A stretch of 64,000 nucleotides of DNA, taken from positions 7,450,830 to 7,514,829 of the forward strand of contig CAVNZM010000008.1 in assembly GCA_963693365.1 (NCBI GenBank), written 5' to 3'. Made by a program: the position numbers and the translations under genes. Shown piece by piece: positions 11,952 to 41,029 of the stretch; the first letter of the stretch is position 1; each line of letters begins with the position of its first letter. The notes beneath the pieces are model-generated. The model worked only from the letters and a program-made list of their open reading frames with translations, was not told the origin of the DNA and did not search any database. The DNA is from Amoebidium appalachense (Eukaryota; Protista; Ichthyosporea).

Positions 11952-13486
11952 ACCCCCCACCCAAAAAAAAAAAAAAAAAAAAAAAAAAATCAACCACCAC
12001 CACCCCCACGGCATGCAAGGGAACGGTCACCCCCCTTGCAGCAATCCGAAAACTTATATACCAACTTTGTTGAGTTATGTTTTCAGCTAAACACATCTAT
12101 TAAGATGAGAAGGCGCATGCAGGCATGACGTTTGCCTGCGTGTTCATCGTGCATGATGCCGTCCTGCCAAGTTACAAACAGCAAAACCTGAAAGGGAGGC
12201 GTGAGTGCCTCTGGCGTCGGATTAATTGACTTGCAGGCCGACTTTATTTGCATAACAGAAACGTGCGTGTTTGGCGTGGGGCTCGACTGCCGGCTTAGTG
12301 GCGTCCAGTGGCAAACACGTGTACACTAGCAGGCGTATGGAGATCAACATCCATGTTTATAACGTGACCCTTACATCATCACAACGGCTAATAAACCTCG
12401 AATTGTTTGTGTGTACATGTTATAACCACGTTTTGCTACAGCTTAAACATTATGTGTGGTTTATCTCTCTAATAAATCACCACCTTTAACCGTTATAGAT
12501 TGATGTGCGATTTGTGCCCCGTAAAGGTTTGAGTGTGGGCGTGAGTGTGCATGAATGGGTCTTCTGAATGTGCGTGTGATTGGTGCGTGTGTGACTGTGC
12601 GTGCAGGTTTTTTGCGTGTCCACGTGTACACACGTGTACACGTGTGTGCGTGGGTGTGTGTCTGTGGCGATCATGTGTGTGTGCACGTGTGTGTGTGTGT
12701 GTCACGGTGTGTATGTGTGCTTCTGTGTGTGCGTGTTTGTACGTGTTTAGGAGTGTGTTGTGTGTGTACGACACTCACTCTGTGCATGCTGTGCATACTC
12801 GTGTGTGCACCGCTGGCTGCTGTACCCACTGTCTCGTAAAAACGGTCACTGAGAAAGTGAAAAAATGCCGCGCTCTTCAGGAATGTGAATAGTTATCCTC
12901 TGGAATTCATCCTGATGCGCGCCAATCAAATTCGATCCTCTGGTAAAACAATCGGCAAAGATGAGGGATTTTATTAATCTAAAATGGTTCAGCAGCTCTA
13001 TTCCTGATTCGTTCAAGAAGTTCTTATATACTAGGGAGCACCCAACAAATACGACTCCTATTTCTGGAATAAGTATAATGCGTAGGCCAAATTGGGTTGG
13101 GCGAATATTAACTATATGCAAGTGCAACTATAGAATCTCGTAGCTGAATACTTGCTGCTTGGGCATACGATGATATATTGTACAGGTATTGTGCAACTGC
13201 AGCAGTAACAGCATGTGAGTCAGGGCCTGTGACGTCACTGTCAGGCTCGTTAGCTGCTGTTTATTGGTTACAGATCACGTAGATGCTGGGCCATGCAAAA
13301 ATTCCTGTTTCTCGTCCTTGGACTGACACGCACACAACCTTGAAACAGCTTCACTGCTTCAGGCACCGCTCACTGCCCGTTCAGCGCCGGTCGTAAACAC
13401 AACGCACGTGAACCACCCCAAAAACATCGAAAAAAGTCTTACAAAAACCCCATTTTCTCTATTTACATAACCCCACACCACTCACC

Positions 13487-15390
13487 ATGCGTCTGTCACT
13501 CACCCTTGCGCTTCTAGCGGTTCTTTCCGCTTTTGTGGTAGCCCAAGATGAACTTCCCGAGGAGGCCGACCTTGGCGCGGCACCGGATGATTTCAGCGGT
13601 GACCTCGATGTCGGGGGCGCAGCCCCGGCCGGAGGTGTCGGTGCAGGACCAGAGGAGTTTACACCTGAGGGAGCTGGGGTAGCCGAGGGGGCTGGTGTAG
13701 CGGAAGATGCAGGCGCGGCTGATGCCCCAGCCGATGCGCCAGTAGTTGACAAGGCAGCCGATGCCCCTGCGCCAGCCCCTGCCCCAGCCCCGGTGGTGCC
13801 TACGCTGAGAACCGCTACCGCTGCTGCACCGGCACCGGCACCGGCACCGGAACCGGTCGCGGCTGCGCCTGTCCCCGTGCTTAAGGTTGTTGATGCGGCA
13901 CCTGCGGCTGCGGCAGCAGGAGGTAAGTGTGAGATGGAGTATACTGGGTGGTGTGTGTCACTGCACGTGATTGCTTGGTGGTGTTGTTGCCGCGTGATGT
14001 TTTCTTGAGTGCATGTGGTTGCTTGGTGGTGTTGTTGCCGCAGGATATTTTCTTGAGTGCAAAGGCGCTGGTGTGTTTTTTTTCTCGGTGTTTTCGTCAC
14101 ATCATGTAGAGAGAGATGCAGGTCACAGTCAGGGTGTATTTTAGGGCTTTCCCCGCTCTTGGGGGCTGGAGCTGATGTCCAACTGCATCCCTGCAACCTA
14201 CGAGCCTTGTGAACCGCCATTGCTCAGTATTTGTTTCAAAGGCTATCCTGTGCACTTGATTCCCCCACAGTAACACTTGTTTTCGCAACCGTAAACGACA
14301 CAGGCATGATCAGTGCACTCACAGAACCTGCAGCTGCCTTTTCACGCATTGCCGAAATCCTGTTTTTTTTATTTATTAATTCATCAGGATCCGATAGACT
14401 GTCCACACGTGATTGCATGGGCACATATACAATCCGGACATAATTGCACCTGTCGTTAAAATCATAAAGCAACACACTCATGGTTCATCTCACAAACACC
14501 ACCATATTCCCTCACCCCTTGTCATTCACACAAACTCCCTCCTCCTTTCCTGATAACCTTTTTACCCCCCCCTCCCCTCCTCCCCCCCCTCTCCCTCCTC
14601 CCTCCTCCTCCTCCTCCTCCTCCCCTCCTACCCAACAAATAAAGACCTCCCACCCGCCACCCCTGGGGAGCTTGCACAGGCAGACGTTGCCCTGCCCCCT
14701 CCACCCCTGGTCACAGCTGCACCGGCACCGGCACCGGCACCCGGTGAGTGTTTTAGCTCATATGGAAATGTTGGTTCCTGATGAGGTTGGAGAAGATGAG
14801 TGTGGAGTGCTTTTGTCTCATGGTCTCTCTCGTACTCTATGATGGATGCTTGTCTCGATGCTGGATATCTGAAGAAAGGAAAATGGGAAAGAAACGAAAA
14901 ACGAGAAAAGTAATAGGAATGGTCTTCGTCGGTAACCTTTTTTTTTGTAAGGGTTGCACCGAGTGTATATAATCGGGCTTCGTTTCAGGAGTCACAAGCC
15001 ATGCCGGGGGGCAGCTACCGGGTCATCACGATATTTGAAAGAAAAGCACGGGATTTTTTTCAGAAACCGCGATAATGAATGTTGTTATGCTTCCATTCCC
15101 GACAAATGTTGCATGCATCGGTGTGGGTATTCTGGCGGATACTAAAACGTTCCAATGTCATCTTCACTATACTTGCATTCTTACTGTGTTTTGCACTCTT
15201 TCCTGCCACTCCCCACCTCCCCTCCCCCCCTCCCCCCCCCCCCCTCCACCACCCTCGTCGCATTTCCTTCCTTGGTCACACATGTGTAAACCGAAAGCGT
15301 GTGTATGCATGCACGTGCGTGCGTGTGCGTGTGCTTTGTGTTAAATCCACTCCAACAGCATAGATTTATCGGCCTTTGTAAATTTTGGGA

Positions 15391-15428
<38 letters not shown>

Positions 15429-16277
15429 GGAAACAATCAGGAAAGGCTAAGTGGGCGCACGTATGGGTTACAAACATGGGCCAGGCAACATTTTTTTATT
15501 TCCGGGCAAGTAAGCACGGACGTATGAAAGTCCCGGGATGTTGGAGGTAGAGGGAGGGGGAGGGGGTTGGAAAGGGGAGGGTGCCATGGCCTTTTTTCAA
15601 TTACTTAATGAACCCATTGTTTAGATATCACCCCTCACTCATCTCACCCCTCTCCCACTCACTCACTCACTAACCCCTTATCCTTCCACATGCAGCACCC
15701 ACAATCACCACCGCCACGCCCCTTAAAGTTGCCCCCGCCCCCGCTCCGGCTGCTCCCACCGATCTCGCCGACGATCCCGCCGTTGACGGTGAAGCGCCTC
15801 CCGTCACCGACACAGGAGCGGGTGACGTCACTCCTGCCATCGAAGAACCGGTTGCCGGTGAAGGAGCCGCCGATGATTTTGCCCCTGGCGCCGCGGCCGT
15901 CGACGATACACCCGCGGCCCCGGCCCCAGCCCCAACCCCCTGCTCCTCTCCCTGCTGGAGTAGCGGCGGCTCCAAAGGTGGTTCTTTTGAACGCACCTGC
16001 ACCCCCCGCTCCCGCCCCGGCTCCGGTGGTGGTGGCAGAACCGCCTAAGATTCTTGCTAATGCACCCGTTGCCGATAATGCGGATGTTGCTACGCCTCCT
16101 AGTGTTGTGGCTGCGCCCCCTGCCGGCACTGCGACGAATGCCCCCCCTGCTGGCGTGGGCGCGGCTTTTGCTGGAAATAAGCATGGTATTGCTAGTACCG
16201 TACCTAAGGATGGGGTGTTCCCAAGGGTGGGTTTGCTGAAGGCTGCGGGTTTTGAGCGCAAACACAATAAGGCGTAA
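13487..16277 (+). CDS. Secreted acidic Ala/Pro-rich low-complexity protein (cell-surface/wall-like), 3 exons, apparent frameshift in exon 3
   Basis: Signal peptide MRLSLTLALLAVLSAFVVA. Exons 13487-13922 (gtaagt), 14717-14743 (27-nt APAPAPAP exon, gtgagt) and 15696-16277 (branch CACTAAC at 15668). (PA)n linkers and D/E-rich blocks. The A/P-rich reading switches frame at the C5 run 15936-15940. Confidence 0.75.
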
Positions 16278-16887
16278 GGTTTGTGCGCACGTGTTGTTTG
16301 ATAAAAACTCGATGTTTGGCGAACCCAAAGGTTAGCAAGTTTTCATAGGCAAAAATAACTCAGTAACAAGGGGTATAGGCTCGTTGTAACAGTCGATGTT
16401 GTAACCGCGTATAAGAGACCAGGTATGTGGCTGGGTGGGGAGGAATGTCTCATACCTTTACACGGTTAAACTGCTGCGTGCTAGTTAATAATAACATATA
16501 TGCACGTGCATGGCCTTGCTAAAGGTGACCCGTATTTTACCTTGTCTAAAAGAGTAATGTTTCAGCCAAATGGTGGTCAAGTACGGATAACAATTTATAT
16601 ATCATACGGCCTCTTTGAGGAAGCCAAGTTATCATGTAATAATTGAGCTTACAGTTATATATAAGCCAGTCATTGAAGTGTTGCCCAGTATTTATTATTT
16701 GTTTTTTGGTTATGCAACGAATGTGTCGATAAAATATATCTCCCAAGCATGGTACACATCCGTCTTTACAATGACACTTGAACAAAGGATTTATCCAAGC
16801 ACCCCCTTCCATGGCCAGGGAAGGTGGAATTGCGGGTTTGGTGGTTATAGGGTGCCATCTAATTCACATGTAGATACAACACTGATA

Positions 16888-16918
<31 letters not shown>

Positions 16919-17063
16919 TCGAGCTGAAAAGAAGTGTTGGATGATGACTCTTTTCAAGTACCTTGGAGTGGAAACATGGTTATCACATTTGTTGCCTCTG
17001 GAGATATTACAGAGGTACTATGATACGGCCGGGCGTGCAAATTCGATGCTCAAGTTGTACTAC

Positions 17064-17106
<43 letters not shown>

Positions 17107-17348
17107 GCAAAGAAAAAAAGAAAGAAAAAGAAAGATAGAAAGGAACACGCGCACGCACACGCGCACAGCCTGGCATATGTATGCTTCACATGCGTTGTCT
17201 ACGCACACACATATACACGACCAGCACCACCGCCAGTGTCTCACGTCCACACACACAGACGTGTACAGCCCGACTGAGGCACACCGTGTTCCACACCCGA
17301 GTTTTATTAAATATTATAATTATTATTATTATCATTATTATTATCATT

Positions 17349-17402
<54 letters not shown>

Positions 17403-17527
17403 TGTCCCGTTTAAATTAATTTGGTCCAAGGAGGAATTCAAACCCCCCCGGGGGCCACATAGGAACCATGTACCGTCTTCCACACAGCACCGACTGTACG
17501 TACACTAGTTAGGGTGCTATAGGTGCA

Positions 17528-17611
17528 ATCATCTATATGTAAGCTAACATCATCTATATGTAAGCTAACATCATCTATATGTAAGCTATCATCATCTATA
17601 TGTAAGCTAAC
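17528..17611. repeat. Minisatellite, 4 x 21 bp (ATCATCTATATGTAAGCTAAC)
   Basis: Four adjacent copies, one with a single substitution. Confidence 0.9.
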
Positions 17612-18294
17612 GCACAGTTGCTAAACCTAACTTCTAGCTCAGGGTTTACACCCCAGCCTCGTTGGTGAGGGGGCCAGAGATAGTAAGCTCCTTTTATTAA
17701 AAAAAAATAAAGAAATAGTTCTTCTTCCCAAGAGCTAAGGCTAAAACGGACCATATTATGATTATAATAGTAGGCTATGTATCAGTAGCGTAATGAAGAG
17801 CTGTTCAAGTGGACAAGAATTATAATGCAACCAAGATGATCGACATCTGCATACGATTTATGTCTTTATTTGTGCGGTTTAAAATTCAAAAAATTGATAC
17901 GTGTTATTAACTCGATACGTCTACAATCCGCTGATCTCGAAGTTATGAATTCGAACGTTGAACATGATTCGATTTGTGCTCTTATCAACGGTTGCCGACC
18001 GTGTCGGGGCCGCTTCAAATGTAAAACTTTAAGTGCCGAGGTCCTTAAAAAATGGCACTCCGACCATAAACACAGCCAACTAGGCCAAGAAGAAATTTTT
18101 AAAAAAGGCTGAAGGGTTGTTGCGGGTTGCCCGGGGGGGGGGGGGGGGGGGGTTATGTGTATGTAGATAATAAGGGACGTCTTCGCGAATTCGCGGCAGA
18201 CTGCAAATGCAAAGGAAAAACTTTTGAAGCTTCAAAAAAAAAAAAAAGAAAAGGCGTTGTGTGCGTGTGTGTATATATCTGTGCGTGTGTGTGT

Positions 18295-18352
<58 letters not shown>

Positions 18353-18969
18353 AGATAAGCACTCAAATGCCATCAGAGAGAACCAGGGTGCTAATACGTA
18401 ATGATCAGGGGCCAGCCCTTATCTTTATTGAATCCCTCATAGACAATACATTGCAAGCCCACAAAAATATCATCAGAAATGACGCCGCCGATTTAATCTC
18501 GTTTAAAGTACACACAAAACGTGGTCTCTTTATGTGGGTTCGAATACATTGGAGAAAGGTTCATTGGACACTTCCACCCTTCTCAGGCCTTTTGTTGTTG
18601 TATTTCGTTGCAATTAGACGATAAAAGCTGATTTACTCAATCGCAAACCCACATGCCCGATCTTAGATTTCGGCATATTCAGTTGGCTTCTCAGCCTACA
18701 CGACTAATACTTTCGCACAAGCTCCCTTTTTTCTTTGAACAATTAAACCGGAACCTTAAGATTGTGCACCATCTATGGCAAATGCCTAAAAAAAAATAAA
18801 AAATGCAATGTATAGGCAAAATCCAATCACTGCGCCCAGGGACACTGAAGTGTCTTGAAATGGCCGATGGATGACGTTGGCCGTGACGTCAGCATGACGT
18901 GATAGTGACCTCACACTTACGTCACCGGGGGGGGGGGGGGGGGGGAGGGGGGATTGCCGACATAAGACC

Positions 18970-31412
<12,443 letters not shown>

Positions 31413-31700
31413 TGTAGTATGAAACCTGTTACCTACTAGTGATTAGGTCTATGTACACACGTATACCGTAACGGGCCCAGGCTAGCGCTTCGTCTGACTC
31501 AGGAATGGGCCACGGCTGGCGAGTGGAGCTCGAACACAAGATCGACAGAGAGGCGTTCCGGTCCCCCGGATGATTTTTGGCGCCAAAATTCTGCAACAGC
31601 CAATCAACAGCGCCATTTCAAAAAATGACACCCTGTCACTCCCCCCTCCCCCCTCCCCCCCCTCCCCCCCCCCCCCCTCCCCCCTCCAATCCTGTTTGAA

Positions 31701-31732
<32 letters not shown>

Positions 31733-32426
31733 AACTTCCCCCCCTTCCCCGCCTCGCCCCCCCACCAAAGTTAATTCCCCACCTTCCCCCCCCTCCCCCC
31801 TCCTCCCTCCCCCCTCCCCCCGCCCCACCTCCCTTCTCCTCCCTCTTCCTGTTGCCGCGAAGACTTTGGGGGCAACCTGCCTGGGGGGGGGGGGGGAGGG
31901 GGGAGTTGAAGGGTACGGGGGGAGTTCGAACCACCAACTGTTTTGAAGGAGGGTACCGGTGTGTGTGTGGGGGGGGGGGGGGGGGGGGGGAGGGGGTGGG
32001 GGAGGGTTGGGGTGGGGGGGAGGGAGGGGGTCGACCCACCACCCATATGGGAAGGAGCCTCTCTCCCCTCTGCCCTCCCCCCCCCCCCCCCCCCCCTCCC
32101 CCTTCCCCTTCCCCCATCCACAAGCGTACACATCCCCCCCCTCCCCCCCCCCCCACCCAAAAAAAAATAAAAATAAAGAAAGAAAGAAAGAAAAGAAAAG
32201 AAAACTAAGAATGTGGTTAGGGAGGGGGCAAAGGGTTTTCAACATTTACTACTAGCTTTCCGATGCAATCGAAAGTCAAATAGTAAACATGCAATGGGTG
32301 TGGGTAGGGGCACATGTTCATATTTAAGTGAGGTGTGTACACAAGAATATGTTGCTGTGCACACACAGACTGAGAGCAACTCACGGTCGAACAGACCAAT
32401 ATGAAGGTGGCAGATTGAAGTTGTCA

Positions 32427-32498
<72 letters not shown>

Positions 32499-32652
32499 CA
32501 CACGCACACACACACACACACACTGTGACGCGCGCGCGCACGTGCATCAGAGAGAGACAGAGACAGACAGAGAGAGAGAGGGGGGGAGAAAGAAAAAGAT
32601 AGAGGGGGGGGGGGGGGAGGAGAGAGAGAAAGCGGAACGTCGACAGAGGGAG

Positions 32653-32741
<89 letters not shown>

Positions 32742-33066
32742 AGAGAGAGAGAGAAAGCAGGACGAGGGGGAAGGGAGGGGGGGGGGGGGGGGGGGGGGCG
32801 GAGAGAGAGAGATGTACATATGGCATCATACTCACACCCCACGCTCACTGAGACCCGCAAGCATGCCCAGACACACACAAACGCACTCGCGCACGCGCAC
32901 ATGTGCAAGCGCGCATACATACACGTGGACACATCGACTAAATTCGTTCACATACACATACATATATACACACACACATACATGTAGCTCATGCGCAGAC
33001 ACACACACATACACACACCCACACACACATGCACACACACACATTCGCGCGGGTGCGCACGCACAG

Positions 33067-33101
<35 letters not shown>

Positions 33102-35347
33102 AAATAACCCAAACAAGTAAAATTTTCAGATCAATAAGCTATGGCCCCTGAAAAACTAATATAATTAGCCCCTATTTTCAATGTACCAATGATCTTAATT
33201 TCAGTCACCCCCTGTACTGTTCAGATACGTGCGCCACACAGCTATGTGCTGTGCCCACAGCGTGTGTGTTCTGTTGGGCAATCTGCGAGTGTGCCACGTG
33301 CACCTGATACACTCGGCTCTGCTGGTGGTGTGCATGTGGAAACTTCGTGACCTTTAAACGTTTCCAAGAATGTGCCGGCTTGCATGCATGTCTGTGCGTA
33401 AGTGCTTGTGTGCGTGTGTGGTAGTATGGATGGGTGTCTTCCGTGGCGTGTGTGCGTGCGTGTATTGTGTGTGTGTGTGCGTGTATGGTATGTGTGGAGG
33501 AGGAGAAGGACGTGTATGTGTGTTGTTAGAGGTGCACGGAAGTACTCTGTGTGCATCACTTGCACAGAGAGGAAGGAGTGGCCATGGGAGGGGGAGGAAC
33601 TTCTGGAGAGGAGGGGAGGTGATACGGGGAGTCAGAGACCTACAGTATAAATAGAAGGAGAGTGAGAGTGTGTGCTTGCGCGCATCATGGTGTGCCACAC
33701 AGACGCCTTAAGCATATCATACCGTGCTGAGTGAGTTAGTGTGTGTGTGTCTGAGTGCGCGCGAGTGTGTGCGTGTGTATCCGAGTGTGTGCATGGGCAT
33801 GAATGTGTGCGTGCACACGCTTGTTTGTACGTAAACTATTTGGTCACAGTGCATGTTTGTTTCATGTGTGCGTGCATGTGACAATGTTTCGTGTGTGTGT
33901 GTGTGACAAAAGAGATGACTGTGTGTGCTTTTTTAGTTGAATATATATGGCATGTCCGTTTGTGCAGGTTTGTTTGTGGTCGTGTGTATGTGTTGGGAGG
34001 GGGGGGGGAGAAGGTGGGTGGGGTGGGGAAGAGGAGCACGTGTGATAGTATGTGTGACGGTTTGCTAGTGATCTTCTCGAGTGTGTTTGTGTACTTGTGT
34101 GAAACTGTGTTCTTGTTGTTTTCAGCGTGCAGTAGCATCTAGCTGTTGAATGGCCGACCTTTGAAAGTAATGGATGCGTCAACACCTTCCTTTATTTAAA
34201 AAATGTGTTGAGAGGCGCCGTGCAGGAACTGGCACGTCTGGGGTTGGGAGGAAGGGGGGGGGAGGGGGAGGGGAGGGGGGGAGCGGGGAGGGGAGAGGGG
34301 GGAGGGGGGGGGGGGGGGGGGGGGGGGCAGGGACGGCAGGATTTGAAGTGGCCACATTAACTTACAGTCACATGGGCAACAGGTATGCATCACTGTGAGA
34401 GATGCCAGGATGCTAATTTAGAGAGGAGGTTTTTTTTTTTCTTTTTTTTCTTCCCTTTTATATATATATATATATATTGTTTTAGAGAAAAAATGTCGCC
34501 GAATTTCTAGGACCATCATGGTTAGGATGAAAAACCATTTTGGCACGGGATTTGCTCAATCTTCACACTGGGCTCCGAAACCGCTTGGTTTTTCATTTAA
34601 TTCAAAGCCCTGAGTACGTACATCCTTGCCGGCCCCACTTTAGAGCCTTATGTTTCAAACTTCTTATTATTCGATATATAGTTATTTTGGCTTTTGCCTT
34701 AGTGTTTGAGGCAGATTTATCGTTTTGCTGGTTATACAAACAACTTTACTACGTTTCAAAGGTTTTTGATGCCTCACAAAATGGTCTCGGGTGGGCTTCA
34801 AATTCCGGATTTGAGGTCTGGCAAACAACGCAATATACTATATATAGATAATAGATAATATCCGCAAATATGTACATGAATCCCCCCCCCCCCCCCCCCC
34901 CCCCCCCCGCCCCCGGCCCTTCCCCTCCACCTCCCCGGCGAGGTATGGGGCCGGGGTCTGACAAGGACGCACACATGCACACACCACACACCTATGGCAC
35001 GACTTGTACGTGACAAACCACAAACCGGCGTGCGCGCACATAAGTACAGACACACGCGCGCACATGCATGTGTGCACATACACGTATACACAAACCGCGT
35101 GGCACACACGGATGTACATAACCACGCACAAAGCGCACGCACGAACGCACGAACGCGCACACACACATACACGCACACACACAACACATGCACGCACGCG
35201 CACACACATGTACATACATGCGCACACACACACAGACATTTTTTTATATTCCGTTTCACACCTATATCAGCACTACCTGATTGCCGACGTCGACCGGGGC
35301 CATGCCACGCCTTCAATCAAGCTGCTGCACTGGCTGTGCAAGCTGCT

Positions 35348-35378
<31 letters not shown>

Positions 35379-35407
35379 GTGTGGCAAGATCTTGACAGTG
35401 ACACACA

Positions 35408-35481
<74 letters not shown>

Positions 35482-35677
35482 GCATGCATCCCGTGGTGGG
35501 AAGGGAAGAAGGCCGGGGGAGGAGGGGGGGGGGGGGGGGGGGGTCTTGCAGGAAAACCGAAAGATACCAATGCCTGGACGAATGGTCTGCAAACTCGTAA
35601 TATAGAGGCCGAAGCGCTCCCTATATTGCTGTATGGCCCGTGGGGGGGAGGGAGGGGGGGGGGGGGGGGGGGGGGGG

Positions 35678-35708
<31 letters not shown>

Positions 35709-36809
35709 ATGTGCTGTTTGTTATGACCGACGCGTCATCAGGGCTGAGTTACTGTATGAGAAGTTGGCACCAGGCGAACAGCTATTCCGCGTAAAGGGAG
35801 AGATAGCATATATCGACCACGGCTATCTATAGAAACCTATCTATTATAGAAACCCCGTGAGCTATATAGGATGCAGATCAAGCCTATTAGATGCCTACAA
35901 ATGGCATACCCACACTGACGTATACATATTAAACTTGATGATGCATTTGTTGACTATCCCCCCCCCTCCCCCCGCCCCACCCACAACCCCCCCCCCCCCC
36001 CCCCCTTTTTTTTTGGCTCTGTAACAGTTCTGACAAATAGCTCGTTAGAACGCTGAAAACCATACAATTTTTTATTCAGATATCGATTGTCCATACGCTT
36101 TCCGCATAACCAAAACGTGCCGGAGTTTCGGATGAAGTCACCATATTATGAAATCAGGTAATAATGTGATTTAGTTTTCAGTGCCTCATGCATATGCATG
36201 GGTATACCTGAGCGTTTGTAAAGCCGTTGATGGAAAGCCCGTGATCAGAGAAAATAGCAGACCAGATCTGTTCGCCGGTGCGCCTAGAATATGGTGTTGG
36301 CTGGCTTTCCTTCCCGCTAAGGTAGCGCCATGGGCCTTGAAATGGAGGCATATTACGCTTTCTAATGTTTCCCAGACGGTTTAATTGCCCTTACGGTCCA
36401 CATCCGTGGTGTCATAGTTGTGTTGGTGTGTGCAGTATGTTTCCCTTCCTCCCCCCAAACCACCCTCCTTGCTTTTTCCACTGCCTAAGCTACAAACACA
36501 CACCTCCACTTACACAAAACGCCGCTCCTCACTTCACGAATTATCAACTCTGGCAAATAATCCCTCACTTGCATTCCAGTGTTTTTTCGTTTTTGCTCAC
36601 ACATGTCACTACCGTCATTCCCGCGAAACCTCGCCCCTCCTCTTTCCCCCTCCCCTCTCCTCCCCTCCCAGCCCCCAAGCCCTCCGGCCCCTATATTAGA
36701 TCTGTGGAGTCTAAGCTTTACATATTTACACTGGCACTCACACACACATCCACACTCCACACACACCCACACACACCGGACACACACACAATCTCCTACA
36801 GACACACAC

Positions 36810-36867
<58 letters not shown>

Positions 36868-36942
36868 ACCACCACACCCACACGCTTACCCACAGGCTTC
36901 CCCCCTTTTTTTTTTTAAATTGTTTTTTTGTTTCTCGTAGTA

Positions 36943-38574
<1,632 letters not shown>

Positions 38575-41029
38575 CTGTCACAAGAGTGAGTGGCTAGCAT
38601 TGAATCAGCGGCCATTGTTGTTTCTGATACTGTGTAACGGAGAGGTGAAGGCGGGTGGAAGGTGGAGTTGGTGGATGGGCGGGTGGGTGGGTGGGTGTGG
38701 GGAGGGGGAGGTATCTTTGGGGAGGGAGAGGAGGGGGAGGGGGGGGGGGGGTGAAGAAAGCGAGAGAATATTTCTGTAAGAGAGACAGACACCAAGGAGA
38801 ATCGGAGAGATAGACATAAGGAGAGAATGAGGAGGGTTCGGGGGAAGGGGGGGGGGGGGGGTGGGAAAGAAAAAAATCTCAAAGCTCGAGAGAGTGGTTG
38901 TGTGCGTGCACGTGTGAGTGAAGAATCAATCTCAGTGAGGGGCATGTCCACAGTCACCGGTAGAGCCCTGTATGTATGTTCAAAAAAGCTTGTTCTGCAC
39001 GTCTTGCACAACCAAAACTTAGAAACATATATGCCTGCTTTACACACACATGTGCACACACACACACAAAGACCAGCACGCAGACGTGATACACCAACTG
39101 TTGAAACACATGTAGTCATGTTATACTCCTTCCGTGTAGCACACACTATGACATTAGACACGCAGACCGGTGTGCTTACCTTAGCACATGCACTTACCGA
39201 GCATACGCATACACACACGCACACACACTCGGGCACGCGCACACGCGTACACACGCACACATGCACACACGCACACGCACTGCACGCACACACACATACA
39301 CACATGTAACACACACACACACACAAACACAACACACCCACACACAGGTGCACGTGCACACATACCCACACAGTGATCACCGGGCATCGGTCACGCGGGC
39401 ACAGAAGCACAAATCACCTGCATATAGGCATATGCAGGAAATGACCATTTTCCAAACATTAATCAACACACACTGATGAACCACCGCCAACACACAATTG
39501 AAGTGTGCATGTATTGCAGACGTACGGGACCATGCTGAACGGGTACTTCAAGGTCACAGCATACGTATTTTATTAAAGTTTGTACAAAAAACCATACATA
39601 TGGCGATGCAAAAATTCTTTCTACATATCAACCAAACTTGAACACATATGCGGGCACTTCTGCACCATCATGCGCCGCCTGAATTCATGAATTGGTTTCT
39701 CTCTTTCATCAGTGCAAGCGGGGACTTTGTGTTTATACAATGGCAAAGGATGAATCATACATGAAAATGACTGGGCATTTGAATGACAGTAGCAGGGCAC
39801 AAGTTTGTAACATCTGATCTTGTGGGCTGTTGCAGCAATGCATTCGCCCTGGCTGTTCGATCGTGAATAGATAACACGTTGGCCCCCCCCCCCCCCCCTC
39901 CCCCCCTTCCCCCCCCCCCCCCCAAAAAAAAAAACCAAAAAAAAAACAAACAAAAAAAAAGAACGGAAAAAAAGAAGAAGAATAAGAAGAAGAAGAAGAA
40001 GAAGTCGAAGAAGAAGAAAAGAAAAAGAAAAAGAAGAAGAAAAGAGGAAAGAATAGAAAAGATAAAAAGAAGGAGAAAGAAATTTAAAGTTTAAAGAAAA
40101 AGGTTAAGGCGACCTTTAGAGAAATAGTTATTTGAAGGAATTTCTACGTACGATCCACATATTTTCTTGCACGTAGGATATTTGGATCCCCCTCCTCCCC
40201 CCCCCCCCCCCCAACCCTGGGGCTCTGGGGGGGGGGGGGGGGGGGGGGGGGAGGGGGGAGGGGGGGGGGGTCGGACGGAGTCCAGCACGCTTTTTACGCT
40301 TCCATGATTAACGCCCGCTCTCAAGGGTTATTAGTTTTAATGTACGGCACGTGTGTACATGTGAATGCCGGTTTGTGTGTGTGTGTGTGCATGTGGGGGG
40401 GGGGGGGGGGGGGGGGGGGAGGGGGAGGGGGGGGGGGGGAGGAGGGGGAGGCTTTGCTCGATAGTGTAGGACGATGTGCACACTCATGAGAAACTCAAAC
40501 AGGTGAATGTCAATGCGCCGTACACATGTGCACGTGCACATGTGCTTTGGAGACAAGGAGGGGACTTAACTGTATATCATCGAATGCATGCATGGTAGAT
40601 ACAGTCGATTTCACATATACGAGCAAAAGAAACAGCAACGATCAGTTGCAAACATGTTGAAACAACTTGAAATGGAGAAAGCGAACGCAACCAACACTCA
40701 TGTCTGCAACAAATAATCATTGAATCTCATGAATTAGAAGACACACCAAGGGGGGGGGGGGGGGGAGGGGGGGGGTTAGGTTCATAGCGATCAAGTTTGG
40801 GTGCTTCTAGGGGGATCAATACATTTAGGCGGGCATTCACATGTGGAGGATGTATTCCAGGCTGACTCATATATTAGCAAATAAACCCTACAACCGAAAC
40901 CCTAAATTCCTCTGGGCCCTAAATGGGTGTCTCTGCTCCTCAAACCCCCCCCCCTCGTTGGGTTGGGAGGGCCTTACTCTTTTTCCACTTTACCGGGCAT
41001 CCGGTCGATCTCCTTGGATCGATGGATCG

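Noticed and set aside
13459-14220. 253-aa minus-strand ORF (and 15659-16267, 15670-16002)
   Set aside because: These are antisense shadows of the GC-rich Ala/Pro coding exons on the plus strand.
17311-17401. Poly-Tyr/poly-Ile ORF
   Set aside because: Simple (ATT)n microsatellite.
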